A DNA stretch of 64,000 nt from a virus. Where the stretch lies: IMG/VR virus record IMGVR_UViG_3300033802_000277; one strand, written 5' to 3'. The notes below the pieces were generated by a model. That model was not told the DNA's origin. It searched no databases and worked only from the letters and a program-made list of their open reading frames with translations. Shown one piece after another: positions 48,169 to 58,054 of this stretch. The position numbers and the translations under genes are program-made. How positions within the stretch are numbered: position 1 is the first letter of the stretch; each line of letters opens with the position of its first letter.

Positions 48169-49233
48169 ATGAGCAAAAATCTTGGAGAAAAATTTAAAGA
48201 AGCTTTGGCGCGTATCGAAGAAATTGAAAAGTCAAAGCGCGACGTGCTTATTAAGCCCAGTAACTTACATATGGATAACAGAGGATCGCTTCATATCGAC
48301 GGACTTGGGCCAATCGATTTCACAAAAACAGGATTTCAACATTTTTGCATGAAAGCAGATTTGCCATCCAGCTATATGATGAAATTATTGGACACTGATG
48401 GAAAATCTGCTTCAGAAATTGAAGAGGATTTAGAAACGTTCAAAATCAACATGAGGCGCGGTTTGAATCGCCTCAAAGAAGACAAAGAGTATTTCTTCCG
48501 CACAATTCAACATGGTAACAGCAATAAGTTTAGAGTGCGGGCAATCTTTTCGGACAACTACAAAGTGTATGACAATCTGCCAATTTTAAAACAATTGCAA
48601 AATTTTGACGGAGAAAGACTTGAAACACAAGGATTTTCGGTTACAAGTGATTTCATGGATATCCGCTTTACGTTACCTGATTTAAAAACTTCAATTGGAA
48701 AATTGCCACAACATGAAGTACGTTTTGGTGTAACAGACGATATCATCTTTCCCGGTATTCACTTACGAAACAGTGAGACGGGAGGAAGTAAGATTAAGGG
48801 CAGATTTATTATCTATCGCCTTGTTTGCACAAATGGTTTATCCAATCCAAGACATGAATTCACGATAATTGATCAAAAGCACATGGGGGATTTCGACGTA
48901 ACAGAAATTAATGATCGTTTAGGAAGCATAACAGTAGAAGCCAAAAGTCTGTTCAATAATTATGTTGATAGAATACAAGACGCAAAAACAAGAACGGCAG
49001 AACCAGATGAAATATTTAATTTTATCCAAAATAGAAAAAGTATCACTAAGAAAATGACTGAAGTAGTCCGAAAAAATTGGGAAACTGAGCAACGAATGGG
49101 GAGAACAAAATTCGACTATATTAATGCAGTAACAGCAGGTGCTAGAGATTGGGAAAATGAAACTAAAGATTACACTGGAAGGCTTAATTTAGAGGATGTT
49201 GCAGGAGAGTTGTTATTTAGTAAGGCAATTTAA
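48169..49233 (+). CDS. DUF932-like protein
   Basis: GIHLRNSETGGSK...YRLVCTNGL...KHMG resembles the DUF932 motif. Confidence 0.65.
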   Translation: MSKNLGEKFKEALARIEEIEKSKRDVLIKPSNLHMDNRGSLHIDGLGPIDFTKTGFQHFCMKADLPSSYMMKLLDTDGKSASEIEEDLETFKINMRRGLNRLKEDKEYFFRTIQHGNSNKFRVRAIFSDNYKVYDNLPILKQLQNFDGERLETQGFSVTSDFMDIRFTLPDLKTSIGKLPQHEVRFGVTDDIIFPGIHLRNSETGGSKIKGRFIIYRLVCTNGLSNPRHEFTIIDQKHMGDFDVTEINDRLGSITVEAKSLFNNYVDRIQDAKTRTAEPDEIFNFIQNRKSITKKMTEVVRKNWETEQRMGRTKFDYINAVTAGARDWENETKDYTGRLNLEDVAGELLFSKAI

Positions 49234-49295
49234 TATATTGGGCTAGGGCAACCTAGCCATAATTAAAACAAGTAAGAAGATAGGGGGAGTCAAAA

Positions 49296-49454
49296 ATGGA
49301 CTTGGTAACAGTGATTGAAAAATACAATGGGAAAATTTATAAAACTACATACGGATTTAAGGATGAAAATCAAATGAAGTAATTTAAAAAGATGTGCGAG
49401 GATGCAAATTGTATTGTGATTGTGCATAAAAATCAAAATAATATAACTGCATAA
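49296..49454 (+). pseudogene. Small gene with in-frame TAA
   Basis: RBS GGGGGAG; MDLVTVIEK...ENQMK*FKKMCEDANC...TA* (TAA 49380). Confidence 0.5.
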
Positions 49455-49613
49455 AGGAGGCATTGCTATGTATAGAACAGGTTTTAGAGAAAATGGAAAA
49501 TTTTATGTGAAAACAAGAGATGGTAACAAAATTAGTTTGCTTTTAGCTGCTATGGCGCAAGAGAAAAATATATGTTAAAATGAGTTAATAATGATAAAGG
49601 AGACAATAAATAC

Positions 49614-49955
49614 ATGAAAATTATATGGTTTTCTCGTCATGAACCGATACAAAAACAAATAACAGAATTAAAGCGAATATTTGGATCTGATGTTGAAATT
49701 ATATTAGATTCAAATCCATTTTCAAATGCAGACGATGTAGCAAATCGGTTTAAACGATCTGGTGCAGAAGAAATGGTAGTTGTTGCGCCGTTATCTGTTA
49801 TTATCGAACTTATTAAAAGAGGCATTCGGCCTCTTTATGCAGAAATGAAACTTGTTCAAGGTAACGAATACGACGTAACTGTAAATGGTCGAAAATTTGT
49901 ATTTGACCGGTTTGTACGAATAACAGCAATTGAAGTAAAAAAAGAAGAGTTATAG
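49614..49955 (+). CDS. Conserved viral hypothetical protein
   Basis: 113 aa; MKIIWFSRHEP...VVAPLSV; followed by a terminator at 49953-49980. Confidence 0.75.
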   Translation: MKIIWFSRHEPIQKQITELKRIFGSDVEIILDSNPFSNADDVANRFKRSGAEEMVVVAPLSVIIELIKRGIRPLYAEMKLVQGNEYDVTVNGRKFVFDRFVRITAIEVKKEEL

Positions 49956-50003
49956 CAAGCAAAAATGCTTGCTATTTTTTCTGATTTAAGTTATTATTTA
50001 ATT

Positions 50004-50188
50004 GTACCTCATAGGACTTGAAATTGAGCTTGTTTAACCCTATTTTATATTGTTATGAGTTTGTTGTTACGTACCTATAAGGATTTGAAAAATATGAGGT
50101 TTGATTCACTATCCTACCTATAAGGAATTGTCGCAAAAATATTTTTATCATTTTAACTTTATTACATCTTTATCGTACCTAGCGAGGA
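50004..50188. repeat. Array of TACCT-N3-AGGA palindromic boxes
   Basis: Copies at 50004, 50071 and 50114, with a variant at 50175; ORF-free and bracketed by terminator hairpins. Confidence 0.55.
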
Positions 50189-50243
50189 GAAAAGAGCTAC
50201 CGATATGGTAGCTTTTTTCGTTTAAAATATTTTAATTTAATAA

Positions 50244-50690
50244 ATGGAAGTTTTAATTATGAATGATGTTATTTTTAAAAGAACAAATGAAGGGTTTGGG
50301 AAGTATGTGTTAATTTATCCCAAGGATGGCATTGATGGTTTAGATGGAAGTATTGATTTTAAATCGTTTAGCATTTTTTCAGGAAAGCCGGAAATTGAAT
50401 TTGGTTTATTTTCAATTGAAACGGATAATGAGATTGAACCATCAGAAAAAATTAAAGATTATAGGCGCTATTTGCTTATTGAACAACTAACACAAGATGT
50501 ATGTTTGATTAGAACATTTAATTATGGAATTTACTTTAGATATTTTGGTGTATGTAACTCAGAAGTAATTGACGATGAAAACAATTATATGTGTACTATG
50601 TCTGTTTATGATGAACACATGAAACTTATTGATCGTAAAGAAATATTGACAAAAAAAGCACAAGGAAGAATACCAGATGATGAACTTTAA
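50244..50690 (+). CDS. Hypothetical protein
   Basis: ~145 aa ORF. Confidence 0.65.
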   Translation: MEVLIMNDVIFKRTNEGFGKYVLIYPKDGIDGLDGSIDFKSFSIFSGKPEIEFGLFSIETDNEIEPSEKIKDYRRYLLIEQLTQDVCLIRTFNYGIYFRYFGVCNSEVIDDENNYMCTMSVYDEHMKLIDRKEILTKKAQGRIPDDEL

Positions 50691-51206
50691 CTGGTAATAT
50701 TAAACAAAAACCTAAAGGATGGAAGGTGGTTAAGGAAATTCAACCTAATACTAAGTTTACCGGATTAGTATAAAGCAAATGAAATGACTGTTTGATTGGA
50801 AAGTGTAGGTGAATATTATTTGACTAATCAACAGTGGGAAGAGTTTTATGGATTACATTGCCTTTGGGTTGGTAGAGGTAAATGGCTTATTTATCGCAAT
50901 AAAAATGATAAGGAAGCTATAGAAATGCATTGTGGAACTAAACAATCTCTAAAGAAAAGATGTAAACAATTACAATAAAATGGTATTTTAATCTAATTTA
51001 GAAAGGACGGATCTACGTTGCAACAAATCAATGACAAAGAATGGATTTCAGATGATGGCGAATGGATTGTCTTTACTGATGGGAAAGTCAAGGTTTATCA
51101 TCTAGAGGAACGCATTGATTTAGATCATGCTGATATACCAAAAGAAGTCCAAATATTTTTGGATTCGTTAGAGTAACTACAATTTTAACAGCGAGGTAAT
51201 GAAATA

Positions 51207-51401
51207 ATGGCAAAATTGATTTACCAAAAATTTGATGGAACTGACGCTATAACTGAAGTTGAGTATCCTACTTTAGAAAAGGCATTGTATGAAGCACATT
51301 TCATTCATACAACAGTAACAGGGCAACCGATAAAAATTATTGATGGAGATAAAATATATGGACATGACACGCTAATTAATTTATGGAGATCAATAAAATA
51401 G
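51207..51401 (+). CDS. Hypothetical protein
   Basis: 64 aa with RBS GAGGT. Confidence 0.6.
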   Translation: MAKLIYQKFDGTDAITEVEYPTLEKALYEAHFIHTTVTGQPIKIIDGDKIYGHDTLINLWRSIK

Positions 51402-51415
51402 CGGAGGTAATTAAA

Positions 51416-51593
51416 ATGAAGCGCCATCCAATGAGCAGAAAAAAATTGTATTGTTTGTCATGGCGAAGGATATTTGCCTGATGAAGAATTTTGTACGCCA
51501 GAATATAATTATGGTCTATGTCCTAGTTGTAGCTTTGACTATACACGATTAAATGATGATGATATAAGAATGCTTAATGGAAGGCAATATTAA
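51416..51593 (+). pseudogene. Zn-finger mini-gene with a +1 frameshift in an A7 run
   Basis: MKRHPMSRK / NCIVCHGEG...LCPSCSF...QY*. Confidence 0.5.
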
Positions 51594-51620
51594 ATACGAA
51601 GAAATATTAATAAGTTTTGG

Positions 51621-51649
51621 TTGATTTTAAAAAGCAAAATATATATAAT
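51621..51649 (+). promoter_or_regulatory. SigA promoter with repeated operator-like motif in the spacer
   Basis: TTGATT-17bp-TATAAT; the spacer contains AAAAGCAAAATAT. Confidence 0.6.
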
Positions 51650-51681
51650 AAATTTAAAATGATGAAAGGAAGAAGATATTT

Positions 51682-52794
51682 ATGGAACAAGTATTGGCGT
51701 TAGAAGAAAATGTTAGCGTAAAGGAAGGAAATCAGGTTGCTTATGACGAAAATATGTTTGAAAAAGAAGGGAGTGTTACTCAGGTGGGAACTGTTGAAAA
51801 TATGTCTTTGAGAGAACGGATTGAAAAAGAAAGAATCGCTAAACAGCCAGCGATTCAAATTGGATTGCGGTCGTTAGTTAAAAATCCTTCAAAGTTAAAT
51901 TTCAATCTTGTGATTCAGCGTAATCTTCGTTGGACACGCGAACAGAAAAGTTCTCTTATTGAATCTGTTATTTTGGGATATCCGATTCCAGCAATATATT
52001 CGATCAAAAGCGAAGATAATAGCTTGTGGGTGTTGGATGGAAAACAAAGATTGACTACGCTTATTAGCTTTTGCAAAGACGAATGGGAATTAAGTGAATT
52101 ACCAAACGCTTTTGGTGTTGATATTACTGGAAAAAAATTCTCAGAACTTCCTGAGGAGTTTCAAGAGTTTTTTGATGAACTAACATTGACGTTTTATCAA
52201 TTTGAGCGACTTACCATAGATCAACGAGATCAATTGTTTAAGCGACTTAACAGTGGAACACCGCTTTCAGCAATAGAACTAACACGTTCTATTCTTGGTT
52301 CTGAGTGGTTAGAATATATTGATAGCATAGCGCAAAAACCATTTTTTGAAATGGCGGCATTAACTGATAACCAGCGTGACAAATTTGTTGATCAGGAATT
52401 AATTTTACAGGTAATTGGTTTGGTTACTGGAAGACTAAATGATATGAGTAGCAAACACGTAAGAGAATTTTCAATCGATTTACGTGTTAATGGGATGTCG
52501 GATGATGACAAGAAGAAAGTTTCTGATGTATTCGATTATTTAACAGACGCATTCGGAAATCTGGAAGAAAAACACAGAAAGAAAATACTTAAGAAAAATG
52601 ACATTATTGGATTGGCTGGTGCTGCTGCTGAATTGATGAACGATATCGATGCAGACACATTTGGCAGAAGAACCGCTTCATTGATTGTGAAAAATACTGG
52701 ATCGTATAGAGATACAAAAACGAGCGGTAGCGCCAAGGAATCTAATGTTAAGAAGCGTATTCAACTTTTGATTCAAGCAGTAAAAGAAGAATAA
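51682..52794 (+). CDS. DUF262 (ParB-like/GmrSD N-terminal) protein
   Basis: IQRNLRW...SSLIESVILGYPIP...VLDGKQRLTTL...LFKRLNSGTPLS. Confidence 0.8.
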   Translation: MEQVLALEENVSVKEGNQVAYDENMFEKEGSVTQVGTVENMSLRERIEKERIAKQPAIQIGLRSLVKNPSKLNFNLVIQRNLRWTREQKSSLIESVILGYPIPAIYSIKSEDNSLWVLDGKQRLTTLISFCKDEWELSELPNAFGVDITGKKFSELPEEFQEFFDELTLTFYQFERLTIDQRDQLFKRLNSGTPLSAIELTRSILGSEWLEYIDSIAQKPFFEMAALTDNQRDKFVDQELILQVIGLVTGRLNDMSSKHVREFSIDLRVNGMSDDDKKKVSDVFDYLTDAFGNLEEKHRKKILKKNDIIGLAGAAAELMNDIDADTFGRRTASLIVKNTGSYRDTKTSGSAKESNVKKRIQLLIQAVKEE

Positions 52795-52843
52795 CAGCGG
52801 CGGGATCGTATTCCCGCCTTAGTATTAAAAGGAGTGATGATAA

Positions 52844-53218
52844 ATGAAAGAAGTGCTTACAAAAGACATTTATGTTCCGGTCGGCAGATTTTCAAAAAAA
52901 ACGATTCTTGGTGGTATGTATCGCGTGAAAGTAATGTATTATCCAGAGAATCCAACAGATAGTTTGTTTCGATTCGATAGTACCTACCAGTTAGGTGATA
53001 TCGGAGAGATTGACGACGAAATTGTGCGTACTGGCGCAGTTTCAGATGAACCAGTGCCAACTGTTGAGGATTTGTTTGATAGGGAAATGATAAAAGCCAC
53101 TTTTGAAAATGGTGTAGTTGAGGATATTCCTGTTCGTGATTTGATTGTTCTTCGTTCTATTCGTGATGTTGTCCCTAATTTAGATTATCATGCATATATT
53201 GCGGAGAAGGAGAAATAA
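52844..53218 (+). CDS. Hypothetical protein
   Basis: 124 aa with RBS AAGGAG. Confidence 0.7.
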   Translation: MKEVLTKDIYVPVGRFSKKTILGGMYRVKVMYYPENPTDSLFRFDSTYQLGDIGEIDDEIVRTGAVSDEPVPTVEDLFDREMIKATFENGVVEDIPVRDLIVLRSIRDVVPNLDYHAYIAEKEK

Positions 53219-53288
53219 AGAAAAAGTCAATTATCTAATCAAACTATATTTTTATCGGGAGATTGATTCGAAGGAGTGAATTTGAAAA

Positions 53289-53603
53289 GTGGATATTATA
53301 TCAAGTAAAATAGTAAAAACACGAAAAGATCATTATTGCTTTGGGTGTGCCAGAAAAATTCTAAAAGGTAATAAAATGCAACGTGTAAAAAGTGTAGACA
53401 TGGGGAGTGTTTCGACAGCTTATTGGTGTGATGTATGCCAAAAGTATTGGAACAAATATATGTATTATGATGATGAAATTGGGTACGGAGATTTGCGGTC
53501 TAGCGATCCTAATGGTTGGGAAGAGATTAAAAAGTCTATCGAAAATGAGGAGTTGATAGTTAATGTTGATAAAAGAAATCAGATCGAAGACACTTGGTTT
53601 TGA
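53289..53603 (+). CDS. Zn-finger hypothetical protein
   Basis: HYCFGC...YWCDVC. Confidence 0.65.
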   Translation: MDIISSKIVKTRKDHYCFGCARKILKGNKMQRVKSVDMGSVSTAYWCDVCQKYWNKYMYYDDEIGYGDLRSSDPNGWEEIKKSIENEELIVNVDKRNQIEDTWF

Positions 53604-53766
53604 CAAGGGGAGTTATATAGAGGTTGAACATATTGACGGTAAAATTCAAAAAATTTCTCTTAAAAGGGATAAAAAGAGGTTTAATGACAGAAATCTTGAT
53701 AATCAGTTTTATTTTATTGAAAAAGGTAATAGAGTTTATGTTAATGAAATAAAGACGATGAAATGA
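53563..53766 (+). CDS. Hypothetical protein
   Basis: 67 aa with RBS GAGGAG. Confidence 0.55.
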   Translation: MLIKEIRSKTLGFDKGSYIEVEHIDGKIQKISLKRDKKRFNDRNLDNQFYFIEKGNRVYVNEIKTMK

Positions 53767-53992
53767 TCCTTTTATTGGAGGTTGGTAACATTGGCTGGTG
53801 ACAGAGGTAATTGGATTAAAATACGCAAAGAAATAAAACAAAGGGCAGTTGAGCGAGAAAAGAATAAGGATAGATGTATATGTGGCAAAAAGGATAGGTA
53901 TGGTTTGATTGACGGATTGTGCGCAGATTGCTTTGATAAGAAACTAGATAACAACTGATAAAAGAATGTATTTTAAGGGGAGATGATAAAAA

Positions 53993-54177
53993 ATGTTTCA
54001 AGTTGGGCAATTGGTAAATCTTAAAAATCCTCAAGACTTTCCGTACATTGGGCGGGTGTCTGGAGAAGTGGAAATTTTAGAAGTAAATAACCAATTGTGT
54101 GCAGGGTTAAAGTTGCAAATGGAATGTTAAAGGGATTTTCTTTTGATGTTGAACTTTCTGAATTAGAAAGCAAATAA
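53993..54177 (+). pseudogene. Small gene with a +2 frameshift in a TG microrepeat
   Basis: MFQVGQLVNLKNP...NNQL / CRVKVANGMLKGFSFDVELSELESK*. Confidence 0.5.
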
Positions 54178-54207
54178 AACGATCTTTTTATGAGGGAGGG
54201 ATAAAAA

Positions 54208-54420
54208 ATGGCGAGAAAAGCAGTTTGCAAGGTGTGTAATCGAGAAATTAATACACAAAAACAGTCGCATTATAAATTTGGTAAGGATATTGTTTGCTAC
54301 GTTGAAGGGACAGAAGATTGTGTTATAACATATGTTGGCTGGCATTTAATAGAAAAGGGAGATGGATCGGGAAGATATAACGGCGGTTATGAAATGATTG
54401 GTATGTACGGAAATGATTGA
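54208..54420 (+). CDS. Hypothetical protein
   Basis: 70 aa with RBS GAGGGAGG. Confidence 0.6.
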   Translation: MARKAVCKVCNREINTQKQSHYKFGKDIVCYVEGTEDCVITYVGWHLIEKGDGSGRYNGGYEMIGMYGND

Positions 54421-54440
54421 TGATAAAATGAATATTTTAT

Positions 54441-54629
54441 GTGGAGTTGATTGGTGTGGAAACTGGAATTTACATGAAAGACGGAAATGAGATATATGTT
54501 TATCAAATCCTATACCACTTAGGCAAAGCGTATTACAAGGCAAGATCAAGGGTAAAAACAAAGTGGACAAGAGAATCATATGTTATGACTATTGAAGAAC
54601 TAAAGGAATGGGCGTTTGTATCCAAATGA
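54441..54629 (+). CDS. Hypothetical protein
   Basis: ~60 aa; start uncertain. Confidence 0.55.
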   Translation: MELIGVETGIYMKDGNEIYVYQILYHLGKAYYKARSRVKTKWTRESYVMTIEELKEWAFVSK

Positions 54630-54659
54630 AAGGATTCTTTTAATGGGAGATGATTAAAC

Positions 54660-54836
54660 ATGGACAAGGAAAAAGCATGGGATGAATTAAAGCAATGGTT
54701 AATCAGGGCAGTTCCGAAAAAATATGAAGAGTCTCAGTCGTTAGGACTGTGTAAATCTGACAGCGATTATATTGCGGCAATAGCGAGAGGAATGGATCAA
54801 GTGCTAATGAAAATGGAAGACATGGAAAGACAATAA
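54660..54836 (+). CDS. 58-aa hypothetical protein
   Basis: MDKEKAWDELKQWL..., RBS GGGAG. Confidence 0.55.
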   Translation: MDKEKAWDELKQWLIRAVPKKYEESQSLGLCKSDSDYIAAIARGMDQVLMKMEDMERQ

Positions 54837-54845
54837 GAGAAGTAT

Positions 54846-55112
54846 TTGATAGTAAAGAGGGTGATTAGTATTAAAATAAATGATTTAAAGATAATTATAA
54901 ATCAACATAAAAGAGATAAAGAATATTATAAAAGTTATATACAATATTGTAGTTTAGTTTATAAATTAGATATTGATGAAGCATATGAATTGACTTTAAC
55001 TGATTTGAGTAGGTATGATTATGCACTTGAAGATGTTGATATAGTTTTTAGTGCATATCAAGAGTTAATTCAAAATATAGGAGATGATAATATAAATGTT
55101 CAAACCGAATGA
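54846..55112 (+). CDS. Hypothetical protein
   Basis: ~88 aa ORF; start uncertain. Confidence 0.5.
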   Translation: MIVKRVISIKINDLKIIINQHKRDKEYYKSYIQYCSLVYKLDIDEAYELTLTDLSRYDYALEDVDIVFSAYQELIQNIGDDNINVQTE

Positions 55113-55275
55113 TGAAGTAATAAGTAAAATAACAGGAGAAAGAGCAATTGTCAGTTACATAAATGATGAGGAATTAATGACAGTACGTTTTAAAACAAAA
55201 AAATTTAATAAAGGAAATCTTGAATCACATGGAACACAAGTATTAATTAAGAATTTTGAATTGGCTATAAAATAA
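55096..55275 (+). CDS. 59-aa hypothetical protein
   Basis: MFKPNDEVISKITGERAIV..., RBS GGAGATGA. Confidence 0.55.
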   Translation: MFKPNDEVISKITGERAIVSYINDEELMTVRFKTKKFNKGNLESHGTQVLIKNFELAIK

Positions 55276-55293
55276 GTCTTTTTGAGGATGTGA

Positions 55294-55458
55294 ATGAGTT
55301 TGATTAAAAAAATTTTACGATACTTTGGATATTATAAGATTAGTGATCTTGATACTGGTGGTTGGTGCGGTATTTGTGGGAAATGGATGGAAAAGGAAAT
55401 TTTCCCCAAAGATGAAGACAAATTTTGGAGAATATCAATATGTGAAGAATGTAAATAA
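55294..55458 (+). CDS. 54-aa Zn-finger protein
   Basis: WCGICGK...ICEECK, RBS GAGGATG; preferred over the overlapping track ORF 55325-55546. Confidence 0.55.
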   Translation: MSLIKKILRYFGYYKISDLDTGGWCGICGKWMEKEIFPKDEDKFWRISICEECK

Positions 55459-55530
55459 AAAATTTTTCTTAAGGGGTTTGGTGAATGACTCAAAAGAAAT
55501 GATAATAAATACAATTTTTGATTATGAGTA

Positions 55531-55788
55531 TTGCAAATTGCGATAAAAAAGCAATTTGATTGGGAAGGGGAAACTGACTTGAAAAAGGGAAATCGGATAA
55601 CAGCAATACACAATAAGTCTGGATTAATATTAAATTATTTGATAGTGGAAGATCAAGATACCCATAAATACAGACTTGTTAACACTGGCAGCGGTAACAT
55701 TATGGGAAATTTTCAAACAGATAGTTTAGATGATGTTTATACTTATCTTGAAAAAACAGTTAAGTGTGAAATATTAGAAATACGATAA
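55531..55788 (+). CDS. Hypothetical protein
   Basis: ~85 aa; start uncertain. Confidence 0.55.
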   Translation: MQIAIKKQFDWEGETDLKKGNRITAIHNKSGLILNYLIVEDQDTHKYRLVNTGSGNIMGNFQTDSLDDVYTYLEKTVKCEILEIR

Positions 55789-55826
55789 AAAGTGAATTTC
55801 ATCATCATAAAGGAGTAAATTAAAAA

Positions 55827-56043
55827 ATGAATAATACAAAACTTACATAAAAAAATTGATAAACAATATTTTATCTTTTCTGAATGGTGTGTGTTGCCGT
55901 TAGAATCGTTTTTCTTCGAACAGGATGCAAAGGACTACATTAATGGATTTAAGCATGAACCAATCGGAGAACAGACCGGCGCATATTTGAAGGGTATGGA
56001 ATATCGAAATTATATTGATAAAGCATTCGCCGCACACTCGTGA
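55827..56043 (+). pseudogene. Small gene with an early frameshift
   Basis: RBS AAAGGAG; MNNTK / LHKKIDKQYFIFSEWC...AAHS*. Confidence 0.5.
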
Positions 56044-56244
56044 ATTTAGTCATGAGTAAGGCGAATACATATGTTAATGAAGACATAAAAATAGGATGGG
56101 AATTTAAACGCTATAACGAATTGGATGAGGTGTGCTAAAAATAAATCAGATTGAACATATTAAAAATAAATTATTGTAAATTTCATAAAATATAACGGAA
56201 GTGATAAACTATGACCAAGATTGAAGAAGAAGGGGCGGCATAAC

Positions 56245-56514
56245 ATGCACACAGCAAAAGATATAAAGTATAAAAACATGGAGCGAATGATCAAGACAAT
56301 AACAGATCGGTTTAGTTTGATGTTTGATAATGTGGAGAAGTCGGATAAAAGTTTTTCACCGTTTGAAAAAGAAAACCTTTATAACTGGCTTTACGTACAG
56401 TTGGCTAAAGATGCCTTGATGAAGTGGATGTCATTACAGCAATATCAAATAGTAATGCAACATTTAGATTCAGTCTATAACAGCTATGTCGAGAAATTAC
56501 ATGATAAAAATTGA
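56245..56514 (+). CDS. Hypothetical protein
   Basis: 89 aa from ATG 56245. Confidence 0.6.
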   Translation: MHTAKDIKYKNMERMIKTITDRFSLMFDNVEKSDKSFSPFEKENLYNWLYVQLAKDALMKWMSLQQYQIVMQHLDSVYNSYVEKLHDKN

Positions 56515-56551
56515 TCCAAGGAAATCGGTATTTTATAGGAGGAAAGTATTT

Positions 56552-56782
56552 ATGTTAGATGAAAAAACTCTATATTCTATCTTTGAGAAAGCTAAAAAAT
56601 ACGATGAGTTAATTAAGTTCCCAATTACCATAAAGGAAGTATCTTGTTCATTCTGCGGGAAGTCTCAAAGTTCTGTCTCAAAACTTGTCGCTGGTAATGG
56701 GGTGTATATTTGTGATGAATGTATAAATTTGTGTGTTGAATTATTAAATAAAGAAGACAGTAAGAAAGAATCAGATGATTAA
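56552..56782 (+). CDS. Small protein with a ClpX-type C4 zinc-binding domain
   Basis: [34 protein letters not shown]; RBS AGGAGG before ATG 56552. Confidence 0.85.
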   Translation: MLDEKTLYSIFEKAKKYDELIKFPITIKEVSCSFCGKSQSSVSKLVAGNGVYICDECINLCVELLNKEDSKKESDD

Positions 56783-56828
56783 ATGTGATGGTAAATAAAA
56801 TTTGTGTTTTATTGGGAGGCTAATTAAG

Positions 56829-57056
56829 ATGTTAGATGTTAAAGAGAGAACTGGGAAAGATTTGCATGAATTAAGTATTTACGAACTTATCAATGAATAT
56901 AAAAAATCAAATGAGGAGATTTCGAATATTGTACGTAACGCAATTCAATTTAAATTAGATGACGATCAAAGAGCAATGTTAAACGATAAATGCAAAGAGT
57001 ATAAACAGTATGGTTATGAGTTGGCGGAAGAATTAATGAAACGAATGAGTAAATGA
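56829..57056 (+). CDS. Hypothetical protein
   Basis: 75 aa with RBS GGGAGG. Confidence 0.6.
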   Translation: MLDVKERTGKDLHELSIYELINEYKKSNEEISNIVRNAIQFKLDDDQRAMLNDKCKEYKQYGYELAEELMKRMSK

Positions 57057-57506
57057 AATTGTATTTATAGAGAGGAAAAATAATTTGAAGATTTTTTGAG
57101 TAGATCGATGAGGAATGAATATTTATCAGAATATGAATGGGTAAAATGTAACAGAAATTTGTTAAAGATACTATAAAAAAAGATGAAGAGAAATGGATAT
57201 TGGTAAAAGTAAATGACTACCATCATAAAGTTTGCATTTAATTATCAGGGGAGGTTTTTAAAATTTTAGAAATATTAAATAAAATATTTCCAACCATTGC
57301 TCTAGTCTATACTATTGTTATCATATGGTATGGATATTTTTCAGGTGAATTAGGTATAGATATATGGTTTCCAATTACAATATCATCTATTTTTCTAATA
57401 TTGATAGGAAATGAAATAAAGTACATGAAGCGATAAACCCGTATTTGATGATGTAAATCAATACTGAATTACAACAAAATCCGCATTTTATTAGGAGGAT
57501 AAAAAT

Positions 57507-57929
57507 ATGAGTGTTTGGACGCATGTGAATGGAAGCGTTAGAGTTGACGGGTTTTTGTATAGCAGAGAAAATGAAATTAAAAAAGCATTGGGCAAGATTG
57601 TAAATTATGATGATGACGATTGGGATACAGATTTACCTTGTGGAAGTGAAGGCAGTCTAAAATATACTGTTTGGACGAATCCAGATGAAAGTCATATTGC
57701 AAAACATACGATAAATATATTTGGTGATTTGAGAGATTATAATGATTCTGAATCGATAAAAGAATGGTTTGAATCGGTGATTAAAAAACTCAACCCTTTT
57801 TCTATTCGGGACGCCGTATTAACTGTTGATGTTGAATTCGGAGAAATGTTTGTTTATGTTTTAAAAAAGAAAGAACTTAACAATGAAGATGAATTAGATT
57901 GGGAAATTATTGCTTTTAATTACAAATAA
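57507..57929 (+). CDS. Hypothetical protein
   Basis: 140 aa with RBS AGGAGG; MSVWTHVNGSVRVD...PCGSEGSL. Confidence 0.75.
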   Translation: MSVWTHVNGSVRVDGFLYSRENEIKKALGKIVNYDDDDWDTDLPCGSEGSLKYTVWTNPDESHIAKHTINIFGDLRDYNDSESIKEWFESVIKKLNPFSIRDAVLTVDVEFGEMFVYVLKKKELNNEDELDWEIIAFNYK

Positions 57930-58027
57930 AATATAACAAAAAAGAAACACTATTCTTAACTATAACGAGAAAATGGATCTTATACTGAGATAAATGTTGA
58001 AGATGAAAAAGTATTAAAGACGGAAAA

Positions 58028-58054
58028 ATAGCCTATCCGAATAGGATAGGCTAT
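58028..58054. terminator. Bidirectional terminator
   Basis: ATAGCCTATCC-GAATA-GGATAGGCTAT between convergent genes. Confidence 0.65.

Noticed and set aside
44163-49454. Stop-codon reassignment explaining in-frame stops in small genes
   Set aside because: TAA, TGA and TAG all occur as interruptions alongside frameshifts, all three end intact genes normally, and no suppressor tRNA is seen.
55325-55546. 73-aa track ORF
   Set aside because: The overlapping frame 55294-55458 has an RBS, an ATG and a CxxC/CxxC motif, so it is preferred.
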